A stretch of 64,000 nucleotides of DNA from Armatimonadota bacterium (GTDB taxonomy: Bacteria; Armatimonadota; UBA10988), in contig JACRKZ010000166.1 in the NCBI GenBank assembly GCA_016235455.1, forward strand, positions 845 to 64,844. Direction: 5' to 3'. The position numbers and the translations under genes are program-made. Below, piece after piece: positions 37,234 through 47,338 of the stretch (position 1 is the stretch's first letter; every line of letters begins with the position of its first letter). A model generated the notes under the pieces. The model had not been told where the DNA came from and ran no database searches. It worked only from the letters and a program-made list of their open reading frames with translations.

Positions 37234-38751
37234 ATGAGCACTGGACGATGGCGACCCTTTGTGCTGCTGGCGACGCTGGCGCTGAGCGCCTTGGCGCTGC
37301 GCACCGTGGCCCAGGAAGCGGCCAAGCCCAAGGCGGCCCAGAGCAATGCCAGCCTGCTGACCGCGGACCGCGCGGTCATCGACGCCACCAACGCCGTCGC
37401 CAAGCCGGGCAAGACGACCGCCGCGCCGACCGCGGAGCAGGCCGTCGCCGCCGCGCCGCAGGGCTTTGTGCCGCCTGACCTGGGCAACTACCAGGTCACG
37501 GTCTTCGCCGATGGCGTGGGCCTGGTGCGGCGCGTCGAGGACATCGACCTGTCGGTCGGCCGCAACGAGTTCGCCGTGAGTGAGGTGGCCCGCCGCATCG
37601 ACAGCGGCTCGGCTCGCCTGCGTCCGCTGGACGATCCGAACCGCTTCGTGGTGCTCGAGCAGTCGGGCGGAGCGCCGCGCGACGCCAAGCAGTTGCTCAA
37701 CGCCGCCGTGGGCCGCGACATCCGCGTCCGCGACGGCGACTACACGGTATCTGGCAAGCTGGTCAGCGTGGACGACGAGGGCGTCATCCTGGCCGCCGAC
37801 GGCGAGGTGCATGTGCATCCCAAGGGCCAGGTCATCCTGCCCAAGGAGGCCGCGCTGCCCGACCTGACGCCCAAGCTCTCGTGGATGCTCGACACCGAGC
37901 GCGCGGGCAAGGCGCCGGCCGAGATCACCTACCTGACCCACGGCCTGACCTGGTCCGCCGACTACGCGGTGACGGTGCTGCCCCAAGGCCAGTTGGTCAG
38001 CTTCGACGCCTGGGTCAACCTCGACAACACCTGCGGTGTCGACTTCGACAACGTCGGCTTCATCTTCGCCGGTGACGCGGCCCTGCCGACGCCGCCGGCT
38101 CCCGCCGCCGGCGCAGCGCCGAACGCGGTGCCCATGGAGTCGGCCGCCGGCAAGCGCTTCTACCTGCCGCGCCGGGCCAGCCTGGCCAACGGCAGCGCCC
38201 GTCGCTACCAACTCGCGCAGGCCACCGCGGCGCGTGGCGCGCTGCGCTACGTGGCCACGGTCGGGCCCGAGGGCCTGCAGGGGCTGCGCTCGGCGGTGCG
38301 GCTGGTCAACAATGGCGCCGCCGGCCTGGGCGTCCCGCTGCCGCCGGGCCCGGTACGCATCTATGCGCCCGACGCGTTGGGCCGCCTGCAGTTGGTCGGC
38401 CGGCAGACGCTGGCCACCGTGTCGCCCGATGCGCCGTTCACCTTCGAACTGGGCGGCGACGCGCCGGAGGGCTTGACCGCCACGGTCGAGACCGCCAACG
38501 ACGGCGGCGCCCTGCGCCGCACGGTCCGCCTGCGCAACCAGCGGGCTGAAGATGCCGCCGTGACCGTCGTCGAGAAGCGCGCCGCCGGCTGGCAGTTCGT
38601 CTCGGCCAGCAGCACGTTCAGCCCGGTCAGCGGTGGTCAGTCGAGCACCGAAGTGACCGTGCCCGCCGGCGGTGCCGTCGAGGTCCGCTACCAGATCCAA
38701 TTGCCGGGCGCCCCGACCACGGGAGCTCGCGGACGCGCCGGAGGCGCCTGA
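37234..38751 (+). CDS. secreted DUF4140/DUF4139-like (MuiA-family) protein
   Basis: Signal 'MSTGRWRPFVLLATLALSALALRTVAQE'. Architecture and length (~505 aa) typical of COG5316-like proteins. Identified by pattern recognition only. Confidence 0.4.
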   Translation: MSTGRWRPFVLLATLALSALALRTVAQEAAKPKAAQSNASLLTADRAVIDATNAVAKPGKTTAAPTAEQAVAAAPQGFVPPDLGNYQVTVFADGVGLVRRVEDIDLSVGRNEFAVSEVARRIDSGSARLRPLDDPNRFVVLEQSGGAPRDAKQLLNAAVGRDIRVRDGDYTVSGKLVSVDDEGVILAADGEVHVHPKGQVILPKEAALPDLTPKLSWMLDTERAGKAPAEITYLTHGLTWSADYAVTVLPQGQLVSFDAWVNLDNTCGVDFDNVGFIFAGDAALPTPPAPAAGAAPNAVPMESAAGKRFYLPRRASLANGSARRYQLAQATAARGALRYVATVGPEGLQGLRSAVRLVNNGAAGLGVPLPPGPVRIYAPDALGRLQLVGRQTLATVSPDAPFTFELGGDAPEGLTATVETANDGGALRRTVRLRNQRAEDAAVTVVEKRAAGWQFVSASSTFSPVSGGQSSTEVTVPAGGAVEVRYQIQLPGAPTTGARGRAGGA

Positions 38752-38755
38752 TACC

Positions 38756-39586
38756 ATGACCTTCACCGTCGCCCACAGCCCCGATGCTGATGACGCTTTC
38801 ATGTTCTATGCCCTGGCCCACCGCAAGGTGGACACGGGCGACCGCCGCTATGAGCACGAGCTCAACGACATCGAAACGCTGAACCGATGGGCACTCGAGG
38901 GCCGTTACGAAGTCACCGCCGTCAGCATTCACGCCTATGCCTACCTGGCCGACAAGTACGCGCTGCTCAGCGCCGGCGCCAGCATGGGCGAGGCCAACTA
39001 CGGGCCGCGGCTCGTCGCGCGCCGGCCGATGACGCTCGACGAGGTGAAGGGCGTGACCGTGGCCGTGCCTGGCACGCTGACGTCTGCCTATCTTGTGCTC
39101 AAGCTGTTCGCGCCCGACGTCGAAACCGTCGTCATGCCGTTCGACACCATCCCCGAGGCCGTGGCCACGGGCCAGGTGGAGGCCGGCGTGCTGATCCACG
39201 AAGCGCAGCTCACCTATGCCGAGCAGGCGCTGACCCTGGTGCTCGACTTCGGCAAGTGGTGGTACGACCGGCACCAGCTGCCGCTGCCGCTGGGCGGCAA
39301 CGTCGTGCGGCGTGACCTTGGCGATGAGCTCATTGCGCACATCGGTGCCGACCTCAAGGCGTCCATCCAGTATGCGTTGGCCCATCGTGATGAGGCCCTG
39401 GACTACGCGCTGGGCTTCTCGGGCGGGCTCGACCGTGGACGCGGTGACGAGTTCGTGGGCATGTATGTCAACGACCGCACCGTGGACTACGGCGACGAGG
39501 GCCGCGAGGCCGTGCGCCGGCTGCTGGCCGAAGGCGCTGAGCGGGGCATCATCCCGCACGCGGTGACGCCGCACTTCGTGGGTTAG
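38756..39586 (+). CDS. mqnD: MqnA/MqnD-family protein, most like 1,4-dihydroxy-6-naphthoate synthase (futalosine pathway)
   Basis: 'MTFTVAHSPDADDAFMFYAL', 'ETLNRWALEGRYEVT', 'GVLIHEAQLTYAEQ', 'LPLPLGGNVVRRDLG' match conserved MqnD blocks. Start 5 nt after the preceding stop. Confidence 0.55.
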   Translation: MTFTVAHSPDADDAFMFYALAHRKVDTGDRRYEHELNDIETLNRWALEGRYEVTAVSIHAYAYLADKYALLSAGASMGEANYGPRLVARRPMTLDEVKGVTVAVPGTLTSAYLVLKLFAPDVETVVMPFDTIPEAVATGQVEAGVLIHEAQLTYAEQALTLVLDFGKWWYDRHQLPLPLGGNVVRRDLGDELIAHIGADLKASIQYALAHRDEALDYALGFSGGLDRGRGDEFVGMYVNDRTVDYGDEGREAVRRLLAEGAERGIIPHAVTPHFVG

Positions 39587-39616
39587 GCGGCGCGGGTCGC
39601 GGGGAACAGACCCATC

Positions 39617-40498
39617 ATGCGAGCGACCCTGCGCCAGGTTCTGGTCATTGCCCGGCTGACCGCGGCCGATGCGTTGCGGTCGCCGCTCTATCACCTCGTC
39701 TGGCTGACTGCCCTGTGCGTCGCCGGCACGCTGCCACTGCTCGACTACCTGGCGCTGCATGAGAAGCGCCGGCTGGTGGTCGACAGTTTGCTGGCCCTGG
39801 CCCTCACCGGTGGCTCACTGCTGGGCATCCTGCTGGCGGCCGACGGTGTGGGCGGCGAGGTGCGCCGCGGCACGCTGGCCCTGCTGCGCACGCGTGGCGC
39901 GGAGCCCGCGGCGTGGCTCGGCGGCAAGCTGCTTGGCCTGGCCGCGGCGCTGCTGCCCTTCGCCTTCACACTTGGTCTGGCCGTTATCTTCGGCTCGCGC
40001 GTGGCGGCTCAGCCCTTCCACAACGACGCAATGGCCGCGCGCGGCTGGTGGCTGGCGCTGCTCGGCGCGACCGCGCTGTGGGCGGGCAGCCGCGGCCGGC
40101 TCAGGTTGGCCTGGCTGCTGCCGCTGTCATTGGCGTTGGCTTTCGCCCTTTTGCGCGGTGGGTGGGAGCGAGACGATCTCGCCGTCCTGCCGGCGGTGGT
40201 AGGCACGGGCTGCGGCATGGTGCTGGCGGCCTGGGTGGCGGCTGTTCTGGCGCTGGCCGTCGATGTCGTCACGACGGTGTGGCTGGGCGTCGTCATCTTC
40301 CTGGTCGGCGTGGCGGCCGATAGCTGGCTGACCGGCGCGGGTCGCCTGCTGTGGTTGGTGGGGCCGAGCTGGTCGCTCTTCCAGCAGACCGATGCGGGCT
40401 GGCCAGCGACGGCGCGCGCGGCGGGCTATCTGCTGGCCTACGGCCTGGCGTTGGTGGCCTTTGGCGCCGGCCTGCGGGCCGCGAAGGAGCCGCGATGA
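39617..40498 (+). CDS. ABC-2-type transporter permease-like membrane protein
   Basis: 6 predicted TM helices. Stop overlaps the next start (ATGA). Confidence 0.5.
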   Translation: MRATLRQVLVIARLTAADALRSPLYHLVWLTALCVAGTLPLLDYLALHEKRRLVVDSLLALALTGGSLLGILLAADGVGGEVRRGTLALLRTRGAEPAAWLGGKLLGLAAALLPFAFTLGLAVIFGSRVAAQPFHNDAMAARGWWLALLGATALWAGSRGRLRLAWLLPLSLALAFALLRGGWERDDLAVLPAVVGTGCGMVLAAWVAAVLALAVDVVTTVWLGVVIFLVGVAADSWLTGAGRLLWLVGPSWSLFQQTDAGWPATARAAGYLLAYGLALVAFGAGLRAAKEPR

Positions 40499-41343
40499 GC
40501 GCCGTGCTGCGAGCCGACAGCCTGACTCGCGTCTTCCGCGACGCCTGGGGCCGGCCGCGGGTGACGGCGGTCAGCGACGTCAGCTTCGAGGTCGGCCGCG
40601 GTGAGGTGGTGGGGCTGCTAGGCCCCAACGGTGCGGGCAAGTCGACCACTGTCAAGCTGCTACTCGGCCTGCTGCGGCCGACGGCCGGAGCCGCACGCAT
40701 CCTTGGCCAGCCGCCCGACAGTCGCGCGGCGCGAGCCGCGGTGGGCTACCTGCCGGAGGAGACGCGCCTTTACCCGCACCTGACGGCGACCGAGACGCTG
40801 GCCTTCTTTGCCCAGGTCGCCGGTGTGAAGGCCGACCTGCCCGCACTGCTGGCGCGTGTCGGCCTGACCGGCGCGGCCCACCGGCGGGTCGGCGAGTACA
40901 GCAAGGGCATGAACCGCCGGCTGGGCCTGGCGCAGGCGCTGCTGGGCTCGCCGGAGCTGCTGGTGCTCGACGAGCCCACTTCGGGGCTCGATCCACTGGG
41001 CCGGCGCGATGTGAAGCAGCTCATCGGCGAGTTGGCCGCGGGCGGCACCACCATCCTGCTGTCCAGCCACCTGCTGGCCGAGGTGGAGGACGTCTGCGAC
41101 CGCGTGCTCATCCTCTGTGGCGGCCGGTTGGCGGCGCAGGGCAGCCTGTGGGAACTGCTGAGCGATCCCGATGAGTTGACGCTACGCCTGCCGCGGCTTG
41201 ATGCCGAGACGCTGGCGCGCGTGCTGGCGGCCGTGCGCGCCGAGACCGGCGCCGCGGTCACCGTCCAGCCCGCATCGCTGGGGCTGGAAGCCTACTTCCT
41301 CGACCTGGTGGCGCGTCTGGGCGCTGGAGGGGGCCAGCCATGA
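40495..41343 (+). CDS. ABC transporter ATP-binding protein
   Basis: Walker A 'GPNGAGKST', signature 'YSKGMNRRLGLAQAL', Walker B 'LLVLDEPTSGLD'. Confidence 0.85.
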   Translation: MSAVLRADSLTRVFRDAWGRPRVTAVSDVSFEVGRGEVVGLLGPNGAGKSTTVKLLLGLLRPTAGAARILGQPPDSRAARAAVGYLPEETRLYPHLTATETLAFFAQVAGVKADLPALLARVGLTGAAHRRVGEYSKGMNRRLGLAQALLGSPELLVLDEPTSGLDPLGRRDVKQLIGELAAGGTTILLSSHLLAEVEDVCDRVLILCGGRLAAQGSLWELLSDPDELTLRLPRLDAETLARVLAAVRAETGAAVTVQPASLGLEAYFLDLVARLGAGGGQP

Positions 41344-42467
41344 GGCCCGCGCTGGCGGTGGCGCATGCGACGCTGGTCGCCGCTTGGCGCGGTGGCCCAG
41401 CGCCGGCCATGGCCGGGCTGCTGGCGGCGCTGCTGCTGTGGCTGCCGAGCCAGGTCGGCCGTGACGACGTCGGGCTGTGGCAGATCACGTTGAGCGTGGC
41501 GCAAGCGTTGCTGCTGCTTGGCACCGGCTGGTTGGCGGTGGATAGCGTCGGCCGCGACTTGCGCGAGGGCCAGGCCGCCCTGCTGGCCACGCGCCCGCTG
41601 AGCCGCGGCGCCTGGTGGCTGGGCCGCTGGCTGGGCGTCGTGGCCGTGGCCTGGGTGCTGTTGGCAGGCGTCGTGATGCTGGTCCTGGCGCAGGCCCGCG
41701 GGCGGTGCCCACTGCCGCACACCGAGACGCGCGCGGCCATCGACCGCTCGCTCGTGCTGCAGCCCGACCAGCCCGTGACCGTGTCATTGCCCGGCGGGCC
41801 GGGCGAGTTGCGGCTGACCGTGCGCGCGCCCGAGCCGCTGAGCCGACCGGCACGCCTTGACCTTGCCGCCGCCAGCGCGCCTGACCGCGCCGTCGACGTT
41901 TGGCCCGACCGCCTCTACCGGCTGCCGTGGCCCGGCGGCGGGTCGATCACGCTGACCAATCGCGGCGCCGGGGCGCTGGCGGTGATGTCGCGCGACGATC
42001 TGCGGCTGCGCTGCGCCGCGGGCAACCCGTGGGCCAACCTGGGCCGCGTGGTCGTGCTGATGGCGCTGCAACTCGCCTTCATCGCGGCGCTGGGTGCGGC
42101 GGCGGCCAGTTGCCTGAGCCATCCGGTGGCGCTGTTCGCGGTGCTGGCCTGGCTGGTGGCGGCGGCGCATGCGCCGTTGCTGCCCGATGCGCCGATCGTG
42201 GCACCAGGCGAGCCGGGCCACCATGAAGCGGCTCCCTCGCCGCTGTGGCTGGTCACGCTCAACGGCGGTCGGCTGACCGGGCTGTGGGTGACCGACGCGC
42301 TGCACCACACCTGGCGGCTGGGCGACCTGGGGGATGGCCGGCTGGTGCCCGGCGGTGACCTTGTCGCGTCCTGCTGGCGGCTGGGGCTGGGCCAGACCGG
42401 CGCCGTGTTGCTCATCGGCGTGCTGCTCTGGCGGCGGCGCGAGTTCGGGCTGGAGGACCGGCCATGA
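41340..42467 (+). CDS. membrane protein with large extracytoplasmic loop (putative second permease component)
   Basis: N- and C-terminal TM clusters flanking a ~150-aa soluble segment. ATGA-coupled on both sides. Confidence 0.45.
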   Translation: MRPALAVAHATLVAAWRGGPAPAMAGLLAALLLWLPSQVGRDDVGLWQITLSVAQALLLLGTGWLAVDSVGRDLREGQAALLATRPLSRGAWWLGRWLGVVAVAWVLLAGVVMLVLAQARGRCPLPHTETRAAIDRSLVLQPDQPVTVSLPGGPGELRLTVRAPEPLSRPARLDLAAASAPDRAVDVWPDRLYRLPWPGGGSITLTNRGAGALAVMSRDDLRLRCAAGNPWANLGRVVVLMALQLAFIAALGAAAASCLSHPVALFAVLAWLVAAAHAPLLPDAPIVAPGEPGHHEAAPSPLWLVTLNGGRLTGLWVTDALHHTWRLGDLGDGRLVPGGDLVASCWRLGLGQTGAVLLIGVLLWRRREFGLEDRP

Positions 42468-43606
42468 GGCGTTGGCTGGTCATCATAGCCGCGTTGGCTG
42501 TCGCCGCGAGCCTGCGACCGGTGCCGCGGCCGCGACGGGCCATGCCCGACGCGCCGCCCGGCGTGTCGCTGGCGGCCACGGCGCTGGGCGGGTTCAACGG
42601 CGTTGCAGCCAGTTACGTGTGGCTCTACGCTTCACGCCGCGAGGAGGCCGGCCAGCCCTTTGAGTTGGTGCGCGCCGCGCGCTGGGTGTCGGCGTTGCAG
42701 CCCAACCTCGGCTCGCTCTACGACTTCCAGGCCTGGAACCTGGCCACCAACGTGGCGGACACCTTCGGCTCGCCGCCCGAGCGCTGGCCGTGGGTGGAGG
42801 CCGGTCTGAACCTGCTGTACGACGAGGGCCTGGCCCGGCGTGGCGACGACCCGCGGCTGCCCGGCGCTCTGGCCTCGCTGCTGCTGGGTCGCGTGTGTGG
42901 CGGCCAGGACGATGCGGCTGAGTACTTCCGCCAGGCCTTCGCGGCGCGCTGGACACCCATCGTCGGTCCACCACCGACGCGCTGGCCGGCGGTCGCCGGG
43001 TTGGAGCGCTGGCGCATGGAGGCGCGTTCGTGCGCCGAGATCGACAGCCGGTTCGGCCCGCTCGACTGGCGCACGGGTTGGGCGCATGCGTTGTACTGGG
43101 CGCGGCGCGGGGCGCTGGCTTCGCCTTCACGGCGGCAGTCGCGGCCGCTCTGGTCGTGGCAGATCGAAGCCCTGCGCGGCGCCTGCCTGGACGGTCGCAT
43201 CATCACCGCGCCCGGCCAGGGGGTGTTCGTCACGGTGCCCATGCCGGAACTCGCGGTCAAGGTGGAGGCGCTGTACGACGAGGCACTGGCGCGGCTGCCC
43301 CGCGACCAGGGCCTGCGCGCTGGTCGCCAGGCATGGCGCGACGAGGCGGCGCTGATGCTGGTCGCGTATGGCCTGTCGAGCGATGAGTCCGCCGCCGAGC
43401 GCACCGTGGCCGCACTCACCGACGGCGATGCCGGGATGGCGCAGTCCGTGGCCGACAGCTACGCACTCAGGGCGCTGCTCTGCGGCCGGTTGGGCGATGC
43501 CGCGGCGGCTCGTGGGCTGACTGGCATGGCACAGCGCGTGGCGCGGTCCGCGGGGCTGGACTGGTCGGCGGTGCAGCGCCGGGCTGGCGAGGCGCTCGGT
43601 CGTTAG
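42464..43606 (+). CDS. secreted alpha-helical hypothetical protein
   Basis: Signal 'MRRWLVIIAALAVAASLRP'. Last gene of the coupled block, followed by a terminator. Confidence 0.4.
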   Translation: MRRWLVIIAALAVAASLRPVPRPRRAMPDAPPGVSLAATALGGFNGVAASYVWLYASRREEAGQPFELVRAARWVSALQPNLGSLYDFQAWNLATNVADTFGSPPERWPWVEAGLNLLYDEGLARRGDDPRLPGALASLLLGRVCGGQDDAAEYFRQAFAARWTPIVGPPPTRWPAVAGLERWRMEARSCAEIDSRFGPLDWRTGWAHALYWARRGALASPSRRQSRPLWSWQIEALRGACLDGRIITAPGQGVFVTVPMPELAVKVEALYDEALARLPRDQGLRAGRQAWRDEAALMLVAYGLSSDESAAERTVAALTDGDAGMAQSVADSYALRALLCGRLGDAAAARGLTGMAQRVARSAGLDWSAVQRRAGEALGR

Positions 43607-43630
43607 CCTGGGCCAACGGGGGACTCGACC

Positions 43631-43662
43631 CCAAAAGCAAAAGCTCCGGCCGAAGCCGGAGC
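43631..43662 (-). terminator. rho-independent terminator of rpsT (gctccggc-ttcg-gccggagc followed by UUUUGCUUUUG on the minus strand); also ends the converging plus-strand operon
   Basis: Perfect 8-bp stem with 4-nt loop, followed by a T-rich run on the minus strand. Confidence 0.65.
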
Positions 43663-43698
43663 CAAACCGTTATGTAGCCAACCGAGCCTAGGCCAAGC

Positions 43699-43965
43699 CT
43701 ATTCAGCGCTCGTGTCGACAGCCTTGTGCAGGCGAGCAGCGCGGCGGCGAGCATGGTTGATGTGGACAATCCCGCGCTTGGCGGCCTTGGCCAACTTGCT
43801 CTCCGCGGCGGCGGCGAGCTTCTGCGCCTCGGCGGTATCGCCGGCAGCCACAGCCTCGCGGGCCTTCTTGATGATGGTCTTGATCTCGGACTTGGCCGCG
43901 ACGTTGCGCAGGCGGCGGCGTTCGCTCTGCAGTACTCGCTTCTTCGCCGATGCTTTGTTGGGCAC
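43699..43965 (-). CDS. rpsT: 30S ribosomal protein S20
   Basis: 'MPNKASAKKRVLQSERRRLRNVAAKSEIKTIIKK...AKRGIVHINHARRRAARL' is the canonical S20 sequence. Confidence 0.9.
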   Translation of the reverse strand: MPNKASAKKRVLQSERRRLRNVAAKSEIKTIIKKAREAVAAGDTAEAQKLAAAAESKLAKAAKRGIVHINHARRRAARLHKAVDTSAE

Positions 43966-44128
43966 GTTCCGGACTCCTCAATGGGCTCAATCAACCCGGC
44001 AAAGATAGCACGGTCACACGAATCTGGCAAGGATGCGTTGGTGGACGAGAGGCAGAGGACGCTGGAGACGTCCAGGGTGCCGCGTCGCACCCAAACCTAC
44101 GACTCGCGTCCGCCATCCCGCGGGCGGC

Positions 44129-45160
44129 TCACAGCTTCAGCGTGACCGCCTCGCCGCTCTGCGCCGACAGCCGGCCGGCCTCCAGCACGGCGATCTGGCG
44201 CCGCAGTTCGTGGTGCTTGACCAGCGGCGCCGCGCCGTCCAGTAGCACTGCGGCGATGTTGGCGTAGTAGTCGCGCCAGCGGCCGCGCAGCGTGGGCACC
44301 ACGCGCTCGCCTTGGCCGTCGCTGATCTTCCCGTCCTGGGCGGGGTCGACCACCGCGGAGTCGATGTCGCCGGCGTTCATAGCGCCTTCCTGGGGGTCCA
44401 GGCCGTACTTGGCGTAAGTGCCCAGCGTGCCCTTGACCAGCCAGCGCGGCTTGCTGAGAGCACACATCGACGATACATCGACGATGCCCGTGCGGCCGCC
44501 CTCGAAGGCTACGGTGAGGTGGGCGTCGCTCTCCACATCAAACTCGGGGTAGGCCCAGTCCATGCGCCCGTAGACCGATTGGATCGTCTCGGGGAACAGC
44601 AACAGCAACTGGTCGACGAGGTGGGCGCCGAGGTCGAGGTAGCGTCCGCCGCCCATGGCGGCCTGACCACGCCAGCCGCCCCACGGCCGCAGGCCTTGCC
44701 AGGCCAGCTCCAGCCAGCGCACGTCGCCCAGCTCGCCCGAGTCCATGAGCGTGCGCACGGTCTGGTAATCGCCGTCGCAACGCCGGTTCTGGAACACGCT
44801 GAGCATCACGCCGCAGCGCTCGGCGGTGGCGATCATGCGGTCGCAATCGGCCAGCGAGAGGCACATGACCTTGTCGGTGACGACATGCTTGCCGGCCTCC
44901 ATGGCCGCGCAGGCCAGGTCGGCGTGGGTGCTGTTGGGCGTGGCGACCACCACCAACTGCACGCTGTCGTCGGCCAGCGCCGCGTCGAGGCTGGGGATGA
45001 CCGGGCAGCCGCGTTCGTCGGCGATGCGCTGGGCCACCTCCGGCCGGCGGGCGACGATGCCGGCCAACTCCAGTCGCGGCTCCAGGCCGATCAGGTACGA
45101 GTGGAAGTTACGGCCGGCATAGCCGTAGCCCACGACCACGGTGCGGATCTGCTGCTCCAT
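44129..45160 (-). CDS. Gfo/Idh/MocA-family oxidoreductase
   Basis: Start re-picked at 'MEQQIRTVVVGYGYAGRNFH'. 'TDKVMCLS' motif region. Confidence 0.8.
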   Translation of the reverse strand: MEQQIRTVVVGYGYAGRNFHSYLIGLEPRLELAGIVARRPEVAQRIADERGCPVIPSLDAALADDSVQLVVVATPNSTHADLACAAMEAGKHVVTDKVMCLSLADCDRMIATAERCGVMLSVFQNRRCDGDYQTVRTLMDSGELGDVRWLELAWQGLRPWGGWRGQAAMGGGRYLDLGAHLVDQLLLLFPETIQSVYGRMDWAYPEFDVESDAHLTVAFEGGRTGIVDVSSMCALSKPRWLVKGTLGTYAKYGLDPQEGAMNAGDIDSAVVDPAQDGKISDGQGERVVPTLRGRWRDYYANIAAVLLDGAAPLVKHHELRRQIAVLEAGRLSAQSGEAVTLKL

Positions 45161-45162
45161 GC

Positions 45163-46224
45163 TCAAGCCTCCAGAACCGGCCGCGTCAGGCCGGCGGCCA
45201 ATGGCGCGGGCCGCTCGCAGGTGCTCTCGATGGCCACGTGACGGCCTTCGTCGGACGAGCGGTGGATGCCGTCCATGACCTCCAGCACGTGGAAGATCAG
45301 GTCGGCGCCGGCGCGTGCCGGCCGGCCGAAGCGGATGGCGCAGGCCATGTCGGCGATGGCCAGGCCGCGCGAGTTGTCGTCGAAGCCGTGGCTCAGCGGC
45401 ATGGTCACCGGTTCTTTGTGACGCGGCTGCAGCACCACTGGCCCGCCAAACATGTTGGGGTCCGGGCAGGTCAGGTTGGCTTCGCTGCCCCACAGTTCGA
45501 GCCGCGGTTGATAGCCGAAGGACGCGGCGGTCGCGGTGATCACGCCGCGCACACCACAGGCGAAGTCGAGCGTGCCGCAGCTCAGGCCGGGCATTTCGTA
45601 TTCGGCGGGGTCGTGCTCCGAGACACGCGGGCTGGCCGTGCTGCCCGAGACCCGCGTGACCGGCCCCAGCAGCGCCACCAGCGCGGTCAGGTAGTAGACG
45701 CCGAGGTCGAACATCGGGCCCGCGCCGCGCCGGTGATAGCGCACTGAGGGCACACCGAAGGCAAAGAACGCGGCGCTGGTGATCAGTTCGCCCAGCCAGC
45801 CATCGTCGATGAGCTTGCGGCAGGTCTGCAGCCCCGCGCCGAGGAAGGTGTCCGGCGCGCCACCGAGCGTCAGCTCGCGCATGGCGGCCTCAGCCAGCAG
45901 CAGCCGGCCTTCGGCGGCGGTGGCGGCCAGCGGCTTCTCGGTGAAGACATGCTTGCCAGCGCGCAGGGCGGCCAGGTTGACCTCGTAATGGGCGAAGGCA
46001 TTGGTCAGATTGACGACCATCTCCACCGCGTCGTCCGCCAGCAGTTCGTCGGGCGTGCAAGCCCGCGGCACGCCATACTCCGCGGCTCGCGCCGCGGCGG
46101 CCTCGGGCAGCAGGTCGGCCACGGCCAGCACCTCGACCTGCGAGGTGAAGCGGCGGGTCAGGTTCTCCAGATAGCGCGCACTGATGGCGCCGCAGCCGAT
46201 GACTCCGAGTCGCAATCGCTCCAT
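45163..46224 (-). CDS. Gfo/Idh/MocA-family oxidoreductase
   Basis: 'MERLRLGVIGCGAISARY', 'FTEKPLA'. Confidence 0.8.
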   Translation of the reverse strand: MERLRLGVIGCGAISARYLENLTRRFTSQVEVLAVADLLPEAAAARAAEYGVPRACTPDELLADDAVEMVVNLTNAFAHYEVNLAALRAGKHVFTEKPLAATAAEGRLLLAEAAMRELTLGGAPDTFLGAGLQTCRKLIDDGWLGELITSAAFFAFGVPSVRYHRRGAGPMFDLGVYYLTALVALLGPVTRVSGSTASPRVSEHDPAEYEMPGLSCGTLDFACGVRGVITATAASFGYQPRLELWGSEANLTCPDPNMFGGPVVLQPRHKEPVTMPLSHGFDDNSRGLAIADMACAIRFGRPARAGADLIFHVLEVMDGIHRSSDEGRHVAIESTCERPAPLAAGLTRPVLEA

Positions 46225-46244
46225 CCGGCTTCTCCTGGTTCGGG

Positions 46245-47282
46245 CTAGACCTGCTTGAAGTGGACCTCGCTGACCTCACGCAGCTTCGCGGCGGCCTGTT
46301 CGGCCGTCACGTCGCGCTGGGCCTCCGCCAGCATCTCGTAGCCCACCATGAACTTCTTGACGGTGGCCGACCGCAGCAGCGGCGGGTAGAAGTGGGCGTG
46401 CAACTGCCAATGGCTCTGGTCGCCGGCGAGCGTCGGCGCGCCGTGCCAGCCCATGGAGTAGGGGAAGGTGCACTCGAACAGGTTGTCGTAGCGGGTGAGC
46501 ATGCGCTTGAGGATGTCGGCCAGTCCATCGCGCTCTGCCTGGTCCAGGTCCGGCAGCCGCAGCACATGGCGGCGCGGCACGAGCAGGACCTCATAGGGCC
46601 ACAAGGCCCACCAGGGCACCACCGCCACCCAGGTGTCGTTGGCGACGACGATGCGCTCGCCGCTCTCGGTCTCGGTGGCCAGGTAGTCGACCAGCAGTGG
46701 CAGGCCGTGCTCGGCGGCGTAGGCGCGCTGGCGGGCGTCCTCCTTGAGGATCTCGTTGGGCAGCGCCGAGCCGGCCCAGACCTGGCCGTGCGGATGCGGG
46801 TTGGAACAGCCCATCACCGCGCCCTTGTTCTCGAACACCTGCACCCACGGGTAGGTCGCGCCCAGTTCGGTGATCTGGTCAGCCCACAGGTCGACCACCG
46901 AGCGGATGGCCGGTAGTTCCATCTCGGGCAAGGTCAGGTCGTGCCGCGGCGAGAAGCAGATGACGCGGCAGGTGCCGCTCTCGGCCTCGGCGCGCAGCAG
47001 GCGATGCTCGGCGGCGCCGACGTCGGGCGAATCGGTCAGCAGCGCGGCGAAATCGTTGGTGAACACGAAGGTGGAGTCGTACTTGGGGTTGGTCAACCCG
47101 CCCGCGCGCTCATTGCCGGGACAGAGGTAGCAGCGGGGATCGTGTGCCAGCCGCTGCTCGACGGCGGGCTTCTCCACCTGGCCCTGCCAGGGGCGCTTGG
47201 TGCGGTGCGGCGAGACGAGGATCCAGTCGCCGGTCAACGCGTTCAGCCGGCGGTGCGGGTGTTCGGTCGGGTCAAACAGCAT
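46245..47282 (-). CDS. galT: galactose-1-phosphate uridylyltransferase (HIT-family, class I)
   Basis: '[34 protein letters not shown]' matches the E. coli GalT N-terminus. Zn/Fe ligands 'CYLCPGN'. Active site 'HPHGQ'. Confidence 0.9.
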   Translation of the reverse strand: MLFDPTEHPHRRLNALTGDWILVSPHRTKRPWQGQVEKPAVEQRLAHDPRCYLCPGNERAGGLTNPKYDSTFVFTNDFAALLTDSPDVGAAEHRLLRAEAESGTCRVICFSPRHDLTLPEMELPAIRSVVDLWADQITELGATYPWVQVFENKGAVMGCSNPHPHGQVWAGSALPNEILKEDARQRAYAAEHGLPLLVDYLATETESGERIVVANDTWVAVVPWWALWPYEVLLVPRRHVLRLPDLDQAERDGLADILKRMLTRYDNLFECTFPYSMGWHGAPTLAGDQSHWQLHAHFYPPLLRSATVKKFMVGYEMLAEAQRDVTAEQAAAKLREVSEVHFKQV

Positions 47283-47338
47283 GATCGAGCAGCCTCCCAG
47301 CAAGGCTGCCATGGTACCACGGACCCAGGGGTTTGTCC

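Noticed and set aside
43606-43645. tRNA-like 'GGGGTCGAGTCCCCC' (T-arm-like) motif on the minus strand next to the rpsT terminator
   Set aside because: The loop does not fit the T-loop consensus (TTCRANY). No D-arm, anticodon arm or acceptor stem can be built from flanking sequence.
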